Origin: Bacteroidaceae bacterium
GTDB lineage: Bacteria > Bacteroidota > Bacteroidia > Bacteroidales > Bacteroidaceae
Length of the DNA stretch: 64,000 nucleotides
NCBI GenBank assembly: GCA_900770665.1
Contig: CAAGKZ010000045.1
Coordinates: forward strand, 1,104 to 65,103
Direction of reading: 5' to 3'
The notes beneath the pieces are model-generated. The model had not been told where the DNA came from and did no database searches. It saw only the letters and a list, made by a program, of their open reading frames with translations. The first letter of the stretch is position 1. Each line of letters begins with the position of its first letter. The position numbers were made by a program, and so were the translations under genes. This document shows positions 18,744-26,792 of the stretch, piece after piece.

Positions 18744-18771
18744 GGACAACTCCCTTTTATGGGGGTTGTTC
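18744..18771 (+). terminator. putative intrinsic terminator after skp2
   Basis: GGACAACUCCC pairs with GGGGGUUGUUC as an 11-bp stem (two G-U pairs) around a UUUUAU loop. The trailing U tract is weak (CUUGUUAAUUG). Confidence 0.4.
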
Positions 18772-18854
18772 CTTGTTAATTGTAGTATAACGGCGAAATT
18801 GCCGGCTTTTATAATAAAATATTTTTTTAAAATTTAAACAGCTTCTAAATAGAA

Positions 18855-19526
18855 ATGCGTAAACTCTTCTTGTTCTTGATTGTATTATCTTTTTCTATGC
18901 TTGCAAAAGCACAGTTCGGGTATTATAGCAGCAACAACGTGTTGCAGGCGTTGCCTTCGTACCATCAGGCCATGGCCGATTACGAGCGCCTTTGCCAACG
19001 ATGCGAGAAAGAGATTGAGCATAACGAGAGGGAACTCACACGTCAGTATGTGGCATTCCTCGATGGCTACCGTGATTTCCCGGAACCCATTCTGCGTAAA
19101 AGGCAGAACGAATTGCAGCGCCTGGTTGACAATAGCGTAAACTTCCGCAAAGAGCTTAAAGTATGGCTTGCACAGGCCAAGGATTCGCTCTATGCACCAT
19201 CGCGCGAGGCAGTGGCTGTTGCAGTAGAAAAGGTTGCTGTAGCTTGTAACCTTGATTATGTGATAGATATCGATGTCGCTGTCTACAAATATATAAACCC
19301 AGAAAAGGCTGTTGATATAACCCGCATGCTGCTTGACGCTGCGCTTTATCCCGATAAGCCGGTGACAGAACTGGATGGCTATGACGATTATGCCAAGCAG
19401 TTCAATATTGTCATACCGGTTCCTGTGCCGGTTATTGAGGAAACGGATACAACCGGTGTTGTCAATAGCGAGGCTGCAACGAATGAGGAAGGTATTGTAA
19501 CAGATGAGGGACTGGTACAGCAATAA
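18855..19526 (+). CDS. OmpH/Skp-like protein (third, divergent paralog with acidic C-terminal extension)
   Basis: Signal peptide ...MLAKA/Q and an FGYYSSNNVLQALP start parallel to Skp. It adds a roughly 60-aa D/E/T/V-rich tail. Confidence 0.6.
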   Translation: MRKLFLFLIVLSFSMLAKAQFGYYSSNNVLQALPSYHQAMADYERLCQRCEKEIEHNERELTRQYVAFLDGYRDFPEPILRKRQNELQRLVDNSVNFRKELKVWLAQAKDSLYAPSREAVAVAVEKVAVACNLDYVIDIDVAVYKYINPEKAVDITRMLLDAALYPDKPVTELDGYDDYAKQFNIVIPVPVPVIEETDTTGVVNSEAATNEEGIVTDEGLVQQ

Positions 19527-19534
19527 CAGATTAA

Positions 19535-20398
19535 ATGGAGAGTAAGGCTATGGATAGATTTGTACAACTTTCAAAGGATGCTGGTCCAATCGGTGTGTTC
19601 GATTCAGGATATGGCGGTCTGACAATCTACGACGAAATAAAGAAACTGCTGCCCGAGTATGACTACATATACTTGGGTGACAATGCCCGCACTCCCTATG
19701 GTACACGCTCGTTCGACGTGGTTTACGAATTTACCCGTCAGGCTGTCGATTATCTTTTCCGTCAGGGATGCCAGCTGGTGATTCTGGCGTGCAATACTGC
19801 ATCGGCAAAGGCTCTGCGTACAATACAGCAGGTTGATATCCCACTGTGCGACCCCAACCGACGTGTACTGGGAATCATCCGTCCTACAGTAGAGTGCGTG
19901 GGCGATGTCACCAAGAGCCGTCATATTGGTGTGCTGGCAACAGAGGGCACAATCAAATCACTCTCTTATCCGCTTGAAATACGTAAATTGTTCCCGGAAA
20001 TTGAAGTTACGGGCGAGGCCTGCCCCATGTGGGTGCCGCTTGTGGAGACCAATGAATTTGCAGGTGAGGGTGCCGATTATTTTGTAAAGCGCCATATAGA
20101 CAATCTCCTCTCGCGCGACCCGGAGATTGATACAATAATACTTGGTTGCACACACTATCCCATTCTCATTGACAAAATAAGGAAATACACCCCTGAGGGC
20201 ATAACCCTTATTACTCAGGGGGCGGCTGTCGCTGCATCACTGAAGGATTATCTTCACCGTCACCCTGAAATGGATGCGCTCTGCACAAAGGGTGGCAATA
20301 CTGTGTTCTGTACCACCGAGGCCGGCGGTAAGTTCGGCGACCAGGCATCACTGTTCCTCAACTATCCGGTTGATGTGAAGAATGTTGTGCTTGTGTGA
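19535..20398 (+). CDS. murI: glutamate racemase
   Basis: DSGYGGLT, ACNTAS and GCTHYP motifs. Confidence 0.93.
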   Translation: MESKAMDRFVQLSKDAGPIGVFDSGYGGLTIYDEIKKLLPEYDYIYLGDNARTPYGTRSFDVVYEFTRQAVDYLFRQGCQLVILACNTASAKALRTIQQVDIPLCDPNRRVLGIIRPTVECVGDVTKSRHIGVLATEGTIKSLSYPLEIRKLFPEIEVTGEACPMWVPLVETNEFAGEGADYFVKRHIDNLLSRDPEIDTIILGCTHYPILIDKIRKYTPEGITLITQGAAVAASLKDYLHRHPEMDALCTKGGNTVFCTTEAGGKFGDQASLFLNYPVDVKNVVLV

Positions 20399-20418
20399 GA
20401 TAATGATTGAAGAGGAGC

Positions 20419-21645
20419 TCAGATATACCTCTTGGTAAGCGCTTTTACGGGTAACCACACGGTTATGAACCCGACAACAATTACAGTGGCGAATATTATT
20501 GCCACATCGCCCGAAATAATCTCAACAGGGTAACTTTCAACGATAAAATCATCTGTAGACCCCATTGTTATAAGCCCGAAATGCTGTTGCGCAAGGCTCA
20601 AGGCAACTCCGGCTACAATACCTATTACAGCGCCTATCGCCGAAATTATTGCGCCTTCAAATACAAATATATTTGCGATAGTCTTGCTCTCTGCGCCAAG
20701 GCTACGCAAGGTCTTCATGTTATCGCGCTTTTCAATAATGAGCATTGCCAATGAACCGATTATATTGAAGCAGGCAACCATCAATATGAATGTCAAGAAT
20801 ATATACGAAATCATCTTTTCAACCTGCATCACCTTGTAGACACTCTCCTGTTGCTCGTATCGGTCCTGTACAATATAGTCGCTTCCAAGAATCTTTTCAA
20901 CCTCTTTCTTGATTTTTGAAGCATTTGCATCCCCCTTGAGTTTAAGTTCCATTGATGTGGCTTCGTTGGCCTCTCTGCTGAATACATCGCGTGCAAAATT
21001 GTCTGATGTGATGATGTACTCACCGTCGTATTCGGGTTGGTTAAGGATAAATACCAACCCCGATGATTGCAGTTCGCTCTTCCTGAAGTTTCTTGCAGGG
21101 ATTGTATGGTTTATATTCCCTTGGCGGTTGGGCACGTAGATTTCAAGTGGCGTGTCAAAAAACACACCGCAACGGAGTGTCTCCGCCAATCCTCCGCCAA
21201 GCACAGCATAGTTATCCGTTCCATCGTTAAGGATGAATTCTCCCGGTCCATGCAGAATGCTCTGGATATTTGTAAGGGATGCGAAGTTTTCGTCCACACC
21301 CTTGATTGTTACCATGGCCTGCTTTCCTCCAATGCCGGCCATTGCTTTCCCCTCGACGCAGAACGATTTTGATTCTATCTCCGGAATTCCGGCAACCTGC
21401 TGAATCTCCGGAGCATCGGTTGTTATTACCTTACCGCTTGCAGCTGTAACCTTTATGTCGGCATCAAATGCCGAAAACTGTTTGGCAACAATACCCTGAA
21501 ATCCGTTGAAAACCGACAAAGTGCACACCATTGCTGCTGTAGCAAGGGCAATACCTGCGATGGCCACGCCCGAAATGATGTTGATCACTTGGTGGCTCTT
21601 CTTTGAAAACAGGTAACGCTTTGCTATGTACAGCGACAGGTTCAT
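20419..21645 (-). CDS. FtsX-like ABC transporter permease (LolC/E family)
   Basis: 408 aa with an N-terminal TM, a large periplasmic loop and three C-terminal TMs. The start (YIAKRYLFSKKSH) is typical of LolE-like permeases. Confidence 0.85.
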   Translation of the reverse strand: MNLSLYIAKRYLFSKKSHQVINIISGVAIAGIALATAAMVCTLSVFNGFQGIVAKQFSAFDADIKVTAASGKVITTDAPEIQQVAGIPEIESKSFCVEGKAMAGIGGKQAMVTIKGVDENFASLTNIQSILHGPGEFILNDGTDNYAVLGGGLAETLRCGVFFDTPLEIYVPNRQGNINHTIPARNFRKSELQSSGLVFILNQPEYDGEYIITSDNFARDVFSREANEATSMELKLKGDANASKIKKEVEKILGSDYIVQDRYEQQESVYKVMQVEKMISYIFLTFILMVACFNIIGSLAMLIIEKRDNMKTLRSLGAESKTIANIFVFEGAIISAIGAVIGIVAGVALSLAQQHFGLITMGSTDDFIVESYPVEIISGDVAIIFATVIVVGFITVWLPVKALTKRYI

Positions 21646-21980
21646 TACTCCTTCAGCAGCTTGTCGATGTTCTCAATGTAGTCAAGAGAATCGTCAATGT
21701 AGAATCTTATTTCGGGGATGATACGCAACTGATGGCGAACCTTGTTGCCAAGCTCAAAGCGGATGGCCTTGATGTTCGTGTTAAGGTGCTCGACCACCTC
21801 ATTGCCCTTCTCCGATGGGAACACGCTGAGGTAAGCCTTTGCTATGCCAAGGTCGGGGCTCACGCGCACAGCGCTAACCGAAACCATTACACCACGTGTC
21901 TCTTTCTGCAATCTAAGCAGTATTTCGCTCAACTCCTTCTGGATGAGTCGTGAAATCTTGTTCTGTCTTGTACTGTCCAT
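21645..21980 (-). CDS. rbfA: ribosome-binding factor A
   Basis: 111 aa. RQNKISRLIQKELSEIL ... VSVSAVRVSPDLGIAKAYLSVF is typical RbfA. Its stop overlaps the lolE-like start by 1 nt. Confidence 0.9.
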   Translation of the reverse strand: MDSTRQNKISRLIQKELSEILLRLQKETRGVMVSVSAVRVSPDLGIAKAYLSVFPSEKGNEVVEHLNTNIKAIRFELGNKVRHQLRIIPEIRFYIDDSLDYIENIDKLLKE

Positions 21981-21987
21981 ATATATT

Positions 21988-22623
21988 TTATTTTTTTCTT
22001 ATTATCGTAAGTCCGTCACGCAATGGCAGAATTACCACTTCAACCCTCTCGTCATTGCGTACAAGGTCATTGAAGGCCCTTACGCCATTGGTCTGTGCAT
22101 CCTGTCTCTCCGGGTCAATCACATGCCCGTCCCAAAGAGTGTTGTCGGCAAGAATCCAACCGCCTTCACTGAGGTGTTCCATGGCCATCTCGTAATACTT
22201 GATATATTCGCGCTTGTTGCCGTCGATGAATACCATGTCGAACTTTTCGCCCAAAGTGGGCACAATCTCAAGCGCATTGCCTATTATGAACTCAATCTTG
22301 TCGGCAAAAGGCGAACCATTAATCCAACGGCGTGTAAAGTCCTCAAGTTCGTCCTCGACCTCGAAGGTGTAGAGCTTGCCCCCCTCGTCAAGTCCCTCGG
22401 CCATGCATAGTCCCGAATATCCGGTGAACGTGCCGATCTCAAGAATTCTCTTTGGGCGTATCATCTTTACAAGGAACTTCAATAAACGTCCCTGTATGTG
22501 ACCCGATGCCATTTGTGGTGCCAAAATTTCAACATGGGTTGCACGGAACAGCCTGTAGAGATAGTCGCCTTCGGGACTGCTGTGTTCGGCAATGTATTGG
22601 TCGAGTGGAGTTGTGAGGCTCAT
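21988..22623 (-). CDS. class I SAM-dependent O-methyltransferase (caffeoyl-CoA OMT-like)
   Basis: ILEIGTFTGYS (motif I) and DMVFIDGNKREY. ATG 22623 (MSLTTPLDQYI) is preferred over the track start at 22701. Confidence 0.85.
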   Translation of the reverse strand: MSLTTPLDQYIAEHSSPEGDYLYRLFRATHVEILAPQMASGHIQGRLLKFLVKMIRPKRILEIGTFTGYSGLCMAEGLDEGGKLYTFEVEDELEDFTRRWINGSPFADKIEFIIGNALEIVPTLGEKFDMVFIDGNKREYIKYYEMAMEHLSEGGWILADNTLWDGHVIDPERQDAQTNGVRAFNDLVRNDERVEVVILPLRDGLTIIRKK

Positions 22624-22725
22624 TAGTCGTGTCTGTTCTTTATTCCAACTGCGAAGATACAATAAAGATTGCAATAAACGAGCAAAAGTTTGCATGGTCA
22701 ATACCGTTATAAGCTATTTTTTATA

Positions 22726-22733
22726 TAAATTTG
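22726..22733 (+). promoter_or_regulatory. -7 promoter box (TAnnTTTG)
   Basis: TAAATTTG lies 52 nt upstream of ATG 22785. Confidence 0.4.
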
Positions 22734-22784
22734 CGATAATCTTGGAACCGGAATTTGTTTTGTCGGTTAAAATGCTTTCTTGTT

Positions 22785-23423
22785 ATGTTGACGGGTAAAA
22801 AAGTCTTGATATTCGATTTGGGCGGGGTGGTTATCGACCTGTTTGTCGACCGCACCTTCTCTGCAATGGCTGCACTGGGTGTGCCGCCTTCAATGCTTGC
22901 CGAGAAGGATTGCCTGATGAATACCATGATGATGAAATTCGATAGAGGCGACATGACAACCGATGAGATGTTCGGTTATATAAAATCGTACATTCCGGCA
23001 GGAGTATGCGAAGTGTCGGGTACAGAACTTGACAGCGAGATTCAGCGCGTGTGGAACCTTATGCTTGGCGATATCCCGGCTGCCAAACTGCAACTTCTTG
23101 CTGCATTGCGCAGTGCCGGCTACCGAGTGGTTATGTTAAGTAATACCAACAGCGGGCATTGGCCGTGCATTGAAGAGAAATTTATTGAGGCATGCGGTAA
23201 ACTGCCGTCGGAGTGCTTCGATGCATTGTATCTTTCCTATCGGATGCACAGTCGTAAACCAGATTCCGAAATTTTTATCTCTTTGCTTGAGAACGAGGGA
23301 GTTGAGGCCGGCGATTGCCTCTTCTTCGATGATTCTGCCGAGAATTGTGCAGCTGCGCGCGCGCTTGGAATTGATGCTGTGCTTGTAGAGCGCAATGCAT
23401 CGTGGGAGGGGATGTTTAATTAA
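22785..23423 (+). CDS. HAD family hydrolase (subfamily IA-like)
   Basis: Motif I region VLIFDLGGVVID, with a later LSNTN and a C-terminal FFDDS. The track starts at TTG 22755. Confidence 0.8.
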   Translation: MLTGKKVLIFDLGGVVIDLFVDRTFSAMAALGVPPSMLAEKDCLMNTMMMKFDRGDMTTDEMFGYIKSYIPAGVCEVSGTELDSEIQRVWNLMLGDIPAAKLQLLAALRSAGYRVVMLSNTNSGHWPCIEEKFIEACGKLPSECFDALYLSYRMHSRKPDSEIFISLLENEGVEAGDCLFFDDSAENCAAARALGIDAVLVERNASWEGMFN

Positions 23424-24349
23424 TGACCATGCAGATAATAACTGATATATCAAAATACAACAAAGTACCTTGTGCCGCTACAATAGGTTCGTTCGATGGT
23501 GTGCATCGGGGGCATTTGGCCATGCTTGCTGAACTTCGCACAAATGCGGTAGCAAAGACTTTGCCGCTAATGGTGGTTACGTTTGCCACTCACCCGCGCA
23601 GGCTTTTCGACAAGGAGTGTGAACCTTTCCTGCTCACGCCATTGAATGAAAAGGTTAAGTTGTTGGAGAGTGCCGGTGTGGACATTTGTGTGCTGCTTGA
23701 TTTTGACCATGCGATGGCAGCTATGTCAGCTGTCCGCTTCATGAATGAGATTCTTGTGGAGCGTCTTGGCGTGAAGTTGCTTGCAGTGGGCTACGACCAC
23801 CACTTTGGAAAACCAACACAGAGCGAGGGACTTGAGCAGTATATTTCATACGGTAAAGAACTTGGCATTGATGTCTTTGGAACACAGCCGTTCATCGTTG
23901 ATGGTGTGGCTGTGAGTTCATCAGCTGTTCGCCGTGCTTTGTCGTGTGGCGATGTTGAATTGGCCGAGCGCTTGCTCGGGCGTTGCTATACATTGCAAGG
24001 CGCTGTGGTTCATGGTGCCGGCATCGGGCGTCTGCTTGGTTTCCCTACAGCCAATATTGCCCCGACATGCGATGAGCAGATTCTGCCTCTCGACGGTGTC
24101 TATGAAACAGATGTGACTGTTGACGGTGAAATATTCAAAGGCGTGATGAACATTGGCGTGAAACCTACGGTTAGTGGCAAGGAACGTACCTTGGAAGTGC
24201 ATATAATAGGTTTTGAGGGCAATCTCTATGACAAGGATATTGCTGTGCAGTTTGTGCGCCGCCTGCGTGGTGAGCAGAGTTTTGAGAATATAAATGCCCT
24301 GCGTTTCCAGATAGAGGTGGATGTGGCAAGGGTAAAACGTGGAATATAA
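23423..24349 (+). CDS. ribF: bifunctional riboflavin kinase / FMN adenylyltransferase
   Basis: The GSFDGVHRGH motif and a C-terminal riboflavin kinase domain (GFPTANI...). Its start overlaps the HAD stop by 1 nt (TAATG). Confidence 0.93.
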   Translation: MTMQIITDISKYNKVPCAATIGSFDGVHRGHLAMLAELRTNAVAKTLPLMVVTFATHPRRLFDKECEPFLLTPLNEKVKLLESAGVDICVLLDFDHAMAAMSAVRFMNEILVERLGVKLLAVGYDHHFGKPTQSEGLEQYISYGKELGIDVFGTQPFIVDGVAVSSSAVRRALSCGDVELAERLLGRCYTLQGAVVHGAGIGRLLGFPTANIAPTCDEQILPLDGVYETDVTVDGEIFKGVMNIGVKPTVSGKERTLEVHIIGFEGNLYDKDIAVQFVRRLRGEQSFENINALRFQIEVDVARVKRGI

Positions 24350-24365
24350 GTGACTTGTTGAGTTT

Positions 24366-25223
24366 ATGAAAAAAGTATTGCGTGTATTTGGAACTATAGC
24401 ACTTCTTTTGGTTATGTACTATCTGTTGCAGGTGCTACTGCTATCGGTTTCTATGGCTATTGCAACTCTTGTGGGTGGTCTACCTTCAGAAAGCCTTCAA
24501 TATATGAATGACGCACAGTATCTTGAGGAGAATCCCGCAGTTGCAACATATATTGTGAATGCCCAGGCCATTGGATTATTCTTGTCGGCACTTGTAATGC
24601 TGCTTTTCATTCATTTTGCCGGTTTCTACAGATTGCGTTTGCAACTTCTGCGTTCGCTTCCACCGCGCCCGTTGCTGTTTTCGACACTGGTTGTGTTCTT
24701 CTCAATGTTTGCGCTGAATATTTTTGTGCAGTGGTTCCCGCTAGAGGATAATCTTGGAGGAGTCTTCTCCGGGCTTTCCAATAATGTGTTGGGTATTTTG
24801 AGCCTTGCCTTTCTTGCACCGCTGCTCGAGGAGGTTCTTTTCCGTGGTGCCATACAAGGTTTGTTGATGCGTCTCTTTGGTCGTCCATGGCCTGCAATCA
24901 TTGTTGCAGCTTTAATATTCGGCGTTTACCATATGAATCCAGTGCAGATTGTATATGCTACTCTTTTGGGTATTATCTTGGGATGGATATACTACCGTAC
25001 AGGCAGTCTGTTGTCGGTTATTGTGGGACACGTGCTCAACAATTCACTTGCAGTAGTTACAACACTCCTTTATAGCGCATCGGAAGAGGAATTTGTTGCC
25101 GATAGTTTGTTTGGCATTGTCAATTTTCTGGTTTTTGCCTTTTTGTCAATCTTCTTTGCCGTAAAATTGCACAGGTCCTTGCCACCGGTGGAAGAGGTGG
25201 AAGAGGTGAAAGCTGAAAACTGA
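24366..25223 (+). CDS. CPBP family intramembrane glutamic endopeptidase (CAAX protease-like)
   Basis: Polytopic membrane protein with EEVLFRG, FGVYH and HVLNN motifs. Confidence 0.85.
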   Translation: MKKVLRVFGTIALLLVMYYLLQVLLLSVSMAIATLVGGLPSESLQYMNDAQYLEENPAVATYIVNAQAIGLFLSALVMLLFIHFAGFYRLRLQLLRSLPPRPLLFSTLVVFFSMFALNIFVQWFPLEDNLGGVFSGLSNNVLGILSLAFLAPLLEEVLFRGAIQGLLMRLFGRPWPAIIVAALIFGVYHMNPVQIVYATLLGIILGWIYYRTGSLLSVIVGHVLNNSLAVVTTLLYSASEEEFVADSLFGIVNFLVFAFLSIFFAVKLHRSLPPVEEVEEVKAEN

Positions 25224-25261
25224 AAGGTGAAAACTGAAAACTGAAAACTGAAAACTGAAAG
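25188..25261 (+). repeat. microsatellite: (GTGGAAGAG)x2 followed by 8 heptads of (C/G)TGAAA(A/G)
   Basis: Heptads counted from the sequence occupy 25206-25261. The CPBP stop TGA (25221-25223) lies inside the array. Confidence 0.95.
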
Positions 25262-25303
25262 TTTACTTATCCTTGGTTTTCTCCTTTCATCCTTAAACTT
25301 TAC

Positions 25304-26026
25304 TTAGAAGTTTGTTCTGTACGTTTTTAGCTTCTTGCGTAGCTCCTTTGCTTTTGCCGGCGCTGTGACCTTGTCCATCAGTGTCCAGAACCTTTCGCTG
25401 TGGTTCATCTCCACGGTGTGGCACAGTTCGTGCAGCAGAACATAATCGATGAGTTCATCCGGTAGCTGCAAAAGGGATGCATTCAGGCTTATGTTTCCTT
25501 TTGTGTTGCAGCTGCCCCAGCGTGTGTGTGCTTTGCGCACGGTGCATCGGTTATATGCGAATCCTTTTTCTTTCGCAAGTTGTCGCAGGCGTTGAGGCAA
25601 TATCTCTTTTGCACGGCAGGTGATGGCCTGTGTCAATGTCCTGTGCATCCATTTCTGCATTTCTGTAGTGTAGTAGTCGGTTTCTATAGGGCATAGTAAT
25701 GTGAAATATTTTCCACGATGTTGCAACTGGAATATGTTCCTTTTGTGCTCAGCCACTTTGAAAGCGAAGTTTTCGTTCTCGTAGTTGTAGTTGGTGTCTA
25801 TGGTGGCCGGTTCCACTTGTGGTTGCTTTTGCAGCAACTTGGGCATGCACTCGTTGATAGCTCTTTCAATGTCGCTTTGTTTGGCAAATGCGGGTACGGT
25901 TATGTGTATGCCCTCCGGTCGTGCACGTAAAATAATGCGGCGCGCCCTTGCGTTGCGCGCCACAATGATTGTACCCCACTCGGGATGCTCGATTATGCTC
26001 TTTGTGAGTGCCATCCCTTTATGCAA
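25304..26026 (-). CDS. YgjP-like (DUF45) M48-family metallopeptidase
   Basis: HELCHTVEMNHSERFW (HExxH) lies near the C-terminus, and size fits. An alternative start at 26014 (M5) would remove the 8-nt overlap with argB. Confidence 0.8.
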   Translation of the reverse strand: MHKGMALTKSIIEHPEWGTIIVARNARARRIILRARPEGIHITVPAFAKQSDIERAINECMPKLLQKQPQVEPATIDTNYNYENENFAFKVAEHKRNIFQLQHRGKYFTLLCPIETDYYTTEMQKWMHRTLTQAITCRAKEILPQRLRQLAKEKGFAYNRCTVRKAHTRWGSCNTKGNISLNASLLQLPDELIDYVLLHELCHTVEMNHSERFWTLMDKVTAPAKAKELRKKLKTYRTNF

Positions 26027-26792
26027 TGATGTGAGTGCCTTGTGTGCCGTCTATGGCATCGGCCTTAGTTATGATAACCTTTGAGACGCCGTTGCCAATG
26101 GCATTGAAGGCATTCTCCATCTTGGGAATCATACCGCCGCTTATTGTACCGTCGGCAAGCAGCTGTCTGTAGCTCTCGCCTGTTATGGTGGCGATGAGAC
26201 TGCCTGCGTCCTCGGGATTGCGCATCACGCCAGGGAACTCAAAACAGTATATGAGCGTGGTGTCATACAGCGTTGCCAGCGCCTTGGCTGTCTCGGCCGC
26301 CATGGTGTCGGCATTGGTGTTGAGGATATTGCCCTTGCCGTCGTGTGTCAGCGGTGCCACGATTGGAGTGATGCCTTGCTCAATGAGCTTTGAGAGCATC
26401 TCGCCGTCTGCACTGTCTACATCGCCCACAAAGCCATAGTCAATGCTCTTTACCGGGCGCTTGTGCGCTGTGATGATGTTGCAGTCGGCTCCTGTGAGGC
26501 CAAGTGCATTCACTCCGCGCGCCTGCAGGCCGGCAACTATGTTCTTGTTCACAAGGCCGCCATAAACCATGGTGACGACCTTCAATGTCTCCTCATCGGT
26601 TATGCGACGGCCATCGACCATCCGGCTCTCTATGCCCAGTTTCTCGGCAATGTGTGTTGCCGAGCGGCCGCCGCCGTGGATGAGTACCTTGCGGCCATTT
26701 ATGGCTGCAAAACGGTCGAGGAGGGCGGCAAGTGATGCGTCCTCCTCGACTATTTTACCTCCAACCTTTATAACGGTTATCTTCTCTTTCAT
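26019..26792 (-). CDS. argB: acetylglutamate kinase
   Basis: MKEKITVIKVGGKIVEE, VLIHGGGRS and the amino-acid kinase fold pattern. ATG 26792 overlaps the speA stop by 1 nt. The track's longer version overlaps speA and is unlikely. Confidence 0.9.
   Translation of the reverse strand: MKEKITVIKVGGKIVEEDASLAALLDRFAAINGRKVLIHGGGRSATHIAEKLGIESRMVDGRRITDEETLKVVTMVYGGLVNKNIVAGLQARGVNALGLTGADCNIITAHKRPVKSIDYGFVGDVDSADGEMLSKLIEQGITPIVAPLTHDGKGNILNTNADTMAAETAKALATLYDTTLIYCFEFPGVMRNPEDAGSLIATITGESYRQLLADGTISGGMIPKMENAFNAIGNGVSKVIITKADAIDGTQGTHIIA

Noticed and set aside
20399-20440. Hairpin AAGAGG-N12-CCTCTT between convergent murI and the lolE-like gene as a bidirectional terminator
   Set aside because: It has only 6 bp, no flanking U/A tracts, and it overlaps the last codons of the lolE-like gene. 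Not strong enough to annotate.
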